Part shown: positions 62,997 through 64,000 of the stretch, in pieces
Layout: each line of letters opens with the position of its first letter
Numbering within the stretch: position 1 is the stretch's first letter
Origin: Chiloscyllium plagiosum
Lineage: Eukaryota
DNA: 64,000 bases
NCBI RefSeq assembly: GCF_004010195.1
Contig: NC_057719.1
Location: 36,635,094-36,699,093 of the forward strand
Reading direction: 5' to 3'
Position numbers and translations under genes: made by a program
The notes under the pieces: model-generated
What the model saw: the letters and a program-made list of their open reading frames with translations, nothing else
What the model was told of the DNA's origin: nothing
The model's database searches: none

Positions 62997-63033
62997 CTGC
63001 AAACCACCCAGCTAAGAAGTCAAGTAAATACAT
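62997..63033 (-). CDS. slc25a47: Mitochondrial carrier SLC25A47-like, coding exon 1 (MYLLDFLAGWFA+G)
   Basis: ATG at 63033-63031 and 37 nt ending at a GTAAGA donor. DFxAG is the typical carrier H1 start. Phase 1 joins exon 2 in frame. Confidence 0.85.
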
Positions 63034-63059
63034 TTTGTGCCAAATGTCAACTTCTTCTC

Positions 63060-63480
63060 ATCAGCAATTGCGAAATGACGGACCTTAGTTTGAATATACA
63101 ACAGTCACCAGAGAAACTAAAACAAGACCATAAACGAACAGGAGTAGTCTAATTAACTTGAGTTACGTAACACAAGTTGTGAAAATAACAGCAAAAACTG
63201 CTGCCCCTGAACGAAAAAAGCCGAGTGCCCGCATAAAAATTATGTAAGATCCGACTAGCGGCGGAAATAGCCGAGTCAGGGCGGAAATAGCCGAGTCAGT
63301 GCGGAAATAGCCGAGTCAGGGCGGAAATAGCCGAGAAAGGGCGGAAATAGCCGAGACAGGGGGGAAATAGCCGGGTGTCCACGAACGCCGAAAATAAACG
63401 AGTAACGGTCGAACTCTTCGTCGGGAACGTGGCTGGCGCTTGACGGGAAGTTTGATTTTTTTTTCATTTCCCTCGGTTTT
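63060..63480. promoter_or_regulatory. CpG-rich putative promoter/5' region of the carrier gene
   Basis: Local CpG retention immediately upstream of the ATG-bearing exon in otherwise CpG-depleted DNA. Confidence 0.55.
63261..63380. repeat. 20-bp minisatellite (GCGGAAATAGCCGAGTCAGG) x ~6 in the putative promoter region
   Basis: Units start at 63261, 63281, 63301, 63321, 63341 and 63361 (last one degenerate). Confidence 0.95.
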
Positions 63481-64000
63481 ATTTTGAGAACTGACAAAAT
63501 GGACATTCTGCAATATACTGCAGCTTTGTTTGGTGCTAATAATTCACAAAATGGCAGTCATAAAACTAGTGTTCAACCCAACCTTACCTTTAACCGAGTA
63601 TATGCACTTTCCAACTTGCAGTCTTTAATGACACATTTTAAATTAAAAATAAAAGGCAACGACAAAGAAAAGTACTGTGCCCCAGCCCCATTATGTAGTT
63701 GGAGATTTGTAAAGTGACGGGAAGTTTGATTTTTGTGATCAAAACAGTGAGGGGGAGGGTAGGGACTAAATCAAAATAAATCCCTGGTTTATTTTTTTTC
63801 CTTAAATCCCTGATTTATTTTTTTTACAGCAATGACAGTTGCACATTAGGGTCCCTGTTTATTTATTTATTTATTTTTCCTTAACCCCCGGTTAGGCGGT
63901 AGTGCTTATTTTATCCCCAGTACCCATGGTGTGTGTGTGTGCAGGTGTGAGACACAAAGTGCACGAATCTTTATTCAAATTCCACCACCAGGAAGATAGG

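Noticed and set aside
63261..63380. CRISPR-like regular repeat
   Set aside because: The units are head-to-tail with no unique spacers, in a vertebrate context.
63845..64000. Possible start of another repeat or LTR at the window edge
   Set aside because: Truncated by the window, with no second copy or diagnostic motif visible.

Overview
Vertebrate genomic DNA, very probably from a cartilaginous fish (inferred from the HE1-like tRNA SINEs and the CR1/Penelope repeat landscape). It is AT-rich, repeat-dense and contains three N gaps. One complete host gene can be built by hand on the minus strand: a six-exon mitochondrial carrier (CDS 63033 to 37099, 906 nt, 301 aa, all introns GT-AG). It is most like SLC25A47 but carries several SLC25A45/48-type motifs. 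The rest is mostly transposon-derived: a 5'-intact L1, two near full-length CR1 LINEs plus many fragments, L2/RTE remnants, six tRNA-derived SINEs and two copies of a TA-targeting MITE. A 4.4 kb LTR element lacks recognisable pol and has a tRNA-Ser PBS, a PPT and a 4-bp TSD; it sits in a four-level nest. The most striking pattern is at least eight Penelope-derived insertions from three to four families. Most are short fold-backs flanked by 11-16 bp TSDs, and most carry a minimal hammerhead ribozyme motif. Several lie inside the carrier gene's introns. A 20-bp CpG-rich tandem array lies just upstream of the start codon, and a CpG-retaining patch lies in intron 5. All family assignments come from recognising motifs by eye; no searches were run.
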